Positions 7,106 through 11,504 of a stretch of DNA of 11,504 nt are shown here, piece after piece. How positions within the stretch are numbered: position 1 is the first letter of the stretch; each line of letters opens with the position of its first letter. The notes under the pieces are model-generated. The model saw only the letters and a list, made by a program, of their open reading frames with translations. It made no database searches and was not told where the DNA came from. This stretch comes from Selaginella moellendorffii (lineage: Eukaryota > Plantae > Lycopodiophyta): NCBI RefSeq assembly GCF_000143415.4, contig NW_003314405.1:1-11504 (forward strand), given 5' to 3'. A program made the translations under genes and the position numbers.

Positions 7106-10100
7106 TATACCTATATTCGAATAGTGATCCTGGAGTTGTTGCCATGGGTATGCAAGGCTCTTCAGGAGGGCACCAGCCTGTCAGTTTTAGATTGCCGAAG
7201 AATGAGACAGAGTGAGGACCTGAGCAATGCAACGGGCCTGGGTGAGGCCCTGAGCAGCGCTAAGTGTGGCTTGGAGGAACTCAGCGTTACACTTTATCCA
7301 GGTGATGGTGGTGGATTGTTGGGCAAAGCGCTACAAAATCCCAATTGCAAGCTGATCAAGCTCAAGCTTGAACTTGACGAGGGAGGAGGAATGGTCTGGG
7401 ACAGCAGTCTGTGGTCAGCTCTCTCAAGTCCACATTGTAAGCTGCGCCATTTGGAAATATGGGGTAGCAGGGGAGCAGTTGAGTTAACGTTGGAGTTTGC
7501 CGAGGGCATAGAGAAGAGCCAACTGGAGCATTTGAGTATAAGGAACTGCAAAATCACGAATGAGGAGCTCTTTTGGAAAGCTATCACCAGCTGCAAGTCT
7601 CTGAAAGCTTTGACTTTGTCATGTCACTGGGAACTGCTATGGAGGTGCCTTTTGGGAAGCAGCATTGAAGACTTACATATTCGATTTAAGTCAGAATTTG
7701 AAAAGCTGGAAGATCTTTGCCACTTGCTGGGGGATCCAAAATGCAAGGTGCGCAGATTCAGGGCTCCTTCTCTTACAAGTGATGCACAGAAGAGACAAAT
7801 TCTGGCTGCCCTGGAGGAAAACTACCAAAGCCTCGTGGAAGAGCTTGATCTAGGCAATGATTCCGAAGCTTCTGAAGCTTTCAAGCAGAGGTGTTCTGGT
7901 CTTTTAGAGCGGAATGCAATCTTCCAGCAGAGTGCATTCAAAGACTTTGACAACCCGTCAACAGCAAAGCTCTTCTTGTGTGGTGCTAGCAGGGTTGGAA
8001 AGACCACAATAAAAAAAAACCTCTGCCGCAGAGTGCTTCAACAGCAGGCATTGAGCTGCAACCACTTGTCTATGCGACCACCAAACAAAAGCTGCTCATT
8101 TGCGACCTGGCTGGACAGGAAGAGTTCCATGCTGTCCACCAGTACTTTCTCAGAGGAAGTGAGAAGGATCTCTTCTTGATCGTATGCAAGGTGGAGGATG
8201 ACAATTGTGAGGTTTTCAAGCAGAATTTGGTTTACTGGCTGAGGTTCATCGCTTCACATCAATCAGCCTCACCCAAAAGGAAGCCCAGGGTCTTGATTGC
8301 CTTGAATTTTTTCACTCCAAAATGCAACTATGACCCAAAGGACGTGGTTTCTGCAATAATCTCTGACAAAGGCTATGGGCAAGTACTTGAGTTTGGGACA
8401 GATCTTTGTTTTGAGGTGGTGGCCACTCGAGTGAAAGATTTAAGGGGGATAAAAACCATGTTGCGGAGTTGCTTGGAAGAACTGCTGTCAGCCCAGCAAA
8501 AAATACCACGGGAATGTCTCAAAGCAAAGAGGAAATTGGTACAAGATCCAACTCACAAGAAGGTCATACCCCTAGATAAAGTTGGCAAAATCCTTTTGCC
8601 TCACAGGAGTTCCAAGGATGTTCTCAAATTCGTCTTGCAATTTCTACATGATTCTGGTGATGCAATTTACTTTGGCTTGGGACATGAAGAGGACGACATT
8701 GTGTCTCAATTTGTCATCTTAGATGTCCAATGGTTTATCAAGGATGTGGTGCAACTCTTCATACATACTGAGACAAGCAAACTCAAAAGTCAAATGGAAA
8801 CACACAGAGTTAAACATCAGTTGAAGCAACAATGTGGGAACCAAGACAAAATAGTGGAGTACATTCTTGGAGTGCTCCATGAGATGGGAGTGATATTGCC
8901 TTGGGATGATACATGGGATGGGAATTGGCATAACTTGCCCAAAGAGTTGATAATGCCAACACTATTGCAAGAAGACTATTCACCTCCAGGATATTTATTG
9001 TCAATTAACACTCAAAAAAACCACAACTACTGGGGCAGGAGGTTTGAATGCAAAGACAAGGACTTGAAATTGTTTCCTGCAAGTATTTTCACAAAGATCC
9101 AAGTTAAACTTCACAAATTAAGCAAGAAAGGTTTCAGGCTTGGGAATGGATGGGTGGCTTTGAAAGAAAACCTTATCGAGACAATTGTGAGAGTTGGGGG
9201 AGACACAGACAATTGGAAAGATAGGCAATGGGTTGATGTCATCATTTACTACCCAAAAGAGGTAGAGAATACACCAAAGTTGGATTTAGAAAAGGAAGGT
9301 GAAGGATGGATGGAAAAAATTAGAAATTGCATTATTGGGGTATGTATGGAGGATTGCCCATTTTTGGAAATTAAAGAAAATGTGATGAGACGTGGTTATG
9401 TATGGAGAAGGATACTAAATAAAGTGGACAAACTAGAATTATGGGCTTCAGTTATTTGTCCACTAAAGGAAGTTAAATGTGAAGCAAAAGAAAGAGGTCT
9501 AGAATACTCCCACACTTAGAATTATTCACATGAAGTAGAGAGCTGGGATGTGAATAATGATTTGAAGGTCTCAGATGAGAATGCCTTGGCTAAGCTATTA
9601 ATGCCTAAGGAGCAAAAACATGAAATAGTGAAGAAGTTTGTTGAACTTTATGAACTCTTGAAGGATTATGAGGAGGTTGGAGAAGTCACAATCCCCAAAG
9701 CATCACTAGATGTTATTGAGTTTCCGAATGTTGAAGACCCAAAACTTGATGCAATCCTCAAATATATTAAGAAGATGTTTGATAAAATGGAGAACCGTTT
9801 TGACAAGTTGGATATAAAACTTAATGACATTGAAGTAAGTGTTAACGAGCTCAAGAATGGACTCAAGTCTATCATGGATAAAGTGAATGCAATCCATACA
9901 ACGTGTTTTCGAGTATTATTGAAATTGGAGACAGATTGCCCAAAATATCCATATATTCTTGATGAGAATAATATGTGGAAAAATTACAACAAAATAGTGG
10001 GAACACATGGTAAACTTCACTACTTGTGTGAATGGCCTGAAGGAATTTCTAAAGGTCATCAAGTGAAGAGTTCTATAGGTGTTGAATTAAATATCCCACC

Positions 10101-10434
10101 AAATTGGCTCAAGAAATTTGCTCCAGTACTTAAATATACATTGATTCTATTATTTATTGGGGCTAAATTTGGAGGACATTTTGCTGGTGTTGGAGAGATA
10201 GTGAATGCAATAGTAGACGAAATCAAGGGAAGCCTCATAAACTTTTTGGATTCATGTCTTCTCAAAAGCAAGCTAACTAACTATCCCAAAGCAGAAGATG
10301 TGCAAGAAATATTTAAGCTAGTGACAACTAAATTTGGGAAAGAAGAAAAATATGAGATAATCATGGAAAAATATTTTGCTCTTCATCCCATAATCTTGGA
10401 GGGAAAACAAATATGGGTTTGCAAAGGTATTTAG
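7106..10434 (+). pseudogene. TORNADO1-like Roco protein (RI-like LRRs, Roc GTPase, COR, coiled coil, hydrophobic C-terminal region), about 1110 codons visible. Frameshift near 8011-8040 and in-frame TAG at 9517-9519
   Basis: LRRs: ALSSAKCGLEEL, ALQNPNCKLIKL, ALSSPHCKLRHL, LGDPKCKVRRF. P-loop KLFLCGASRVGKTT (7982-8005) in frame 2. In the -1 frame, G2 STAGIE (8038-) and G3 ICDLAGQEEFHAVHQYF (DLAG at 8104-8115). COR motifs: LQFLHDSGDAIYF, FVILDVQWF, YWGRRFEC, LFPASIFTKIQV. C-terminal CPKYPY, LHYLCE, PPNWLKKFAPVL, IWVCK. ORFs 8176-9519 and 9550-10434 share one frame, separated by a single stop. The frame is open back to the gap. Confidence 0.85.
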
Positions 10435-11408
10435 TATTTAAGTTTTTTGTTTTATCTAACAAACACCATTCTAAAGCAGATCATTAATCTATATTTTTAT
10501 GAGGTGCTCTAGCAAAAAGAAGGTAAATAAATATGCTTTATATAGTTATTACTATATATCTTTGGTATGATTCAAGTATATTTTGTAGCTGAAGTTAATG
10601 AGGTAAGTTTGTATTATAAAATTATTCTTTCCTATTTATTTTAATGTTTCAGGTTCATTTCAGTGTTGAATATTTAATATTTTAAGTGAAGGAAAAGCTA
10701 CCAAATATTTTATTTTTTATCCCATAATTTGGATGATAAATTAATATATATTTACAAAGGTATTTTATATTGAAATATATCCATGATTTTAGTTTTATCT
10801 AACAGAGGCTATGTAGGGCATTTAAAGTAAATCATTAATTATATATTTTACTCTTCATCCCATAATCCTGGATGAAAGAAAAATATGGATCTGCAAAGGT
10901 ATTTAACATTTATGTTTTTAGTTTTATTTAACAAACACCATTTTAAAGTAGATCATCAATATATATTTTTACGAGGTAGTTTGGAAATATGAAGATAGAT
11001 GAACATACTTTATATAATTATTACTATATGTCTTTGGAATGATTGGGGTATTTTTTTTTAAGAAAAGTTGATGAAGTAAGTTTGCATTATTGCTCTAAAA
11101 TACTCTTTCATATTTATTCTAATGTTTCAAATTTATTTCAGCGTTGAATTTTTAATAATCCAAGTGAAGGAAAAACTAATCAAATGATTTCATATTAATG
11201 ATATTTCAATATGAAAACTAAAATTGTGAAAGAAATTTACCAAAAGACAATTATGGCCAAATATTTTAATATCCATCCTATAACTTTGGATTATAAAATA
11301 GTATGGATTTTCAAAGGTATTTTATATTGAAATATATCTAAGATTTTAGTTTTATTTAACAATAACTATGTAGGGCATTTAAAATAAATTATTGATTATA
11401 TTGATTTT
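10379..11408 (+). repeat. Diverged tandem duplication (unit about 472 bp, second copy with an insertion), each unit holding two copies of the Roco 3'-terminal sequence
   Basis: CTCTTCATCCCATAATC at 10379 and 10851, followed by collinear AACAAACACCATT...AAGTGAAGGAAAA...CTATGTAGGGCATTTAAA. Internal sub-copies at about 10719 and 11274. Confidence 0.85.
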
Positions 11409-11504
11409 TGAGACTATTTGGCAAGGCAATGATAAATCATATGTCCTCTATATTGTTATAGCTATGGCAGAATGTTAGTTTTACTATGATTATGCTACAT
11501 TTCT

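Noticed and set aside
6973-7232. ORFs spanning the second gap
   Set aside because: Mostly X residues, and in alternative frames to the Roco gene.
7124-8179. NLR (NB-ARC/NACHT) gene
   Set aside because: The LRRs are N-terminal and the P-loop is followed by small-GTPase G2/G3 motifs and COR, not by Walker B/GLPL/MHD motifs.
9517-9519. Programmed stop readthrough or A-to-I editing of the TAG
   Set aside because: The context TAG-AATTAT is not the CARYYA readthrough motif, nuclear mRNA A-to-I editing is not established in plants, and the gene has a second lesion.

Overview
Eukaryotic, almost certainly land-plant nuclear DNA: very short AT-rich GT-AG introns of 47-61 nt and a TORNADO1-type Roco gene. 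A lycophyte such as Selaginella or a bryophyte is plausible, but that is inference. There are two assembly gaps (1525-1828, 7004-7103). Left to right: (1) a spliced gene with a Pro/Ala/Glu/Thr-rich exon and an FCP1/NIF-like HAD phosphatase domain (DLNG variant); (2) a 9-exon, about 850-codon gene that can be spliced by hand with all 8 introns phase-consistent, joining a ParB/Sulfiredoxin-like domain (IIDGNHR) to a C-terminal prokaryote-type beta-class amino (N4-C/N6-A) DNA methyltransferase-like domain (DFPD...DCTAGSGS), which is the most unusual element here; (3) a minus-strand 181-aa ORF with a CxxC...HxxxC motif, bracketed by oppositely oriented TGTCAGTGTCA/TGACACTGACA repeat arrays; (4) an intronless LRR-Roc-COR (TRN1-like) gene broken by one frameshift and one in-frame stop, with phased W-boxes upstream of the gap; (5) tandem duplications of the Roco gene's 3' end. 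All three long genes carry isolated transition-type stop codons, so the region looks like recently decaying, possibly mobile-element-derived DNA.
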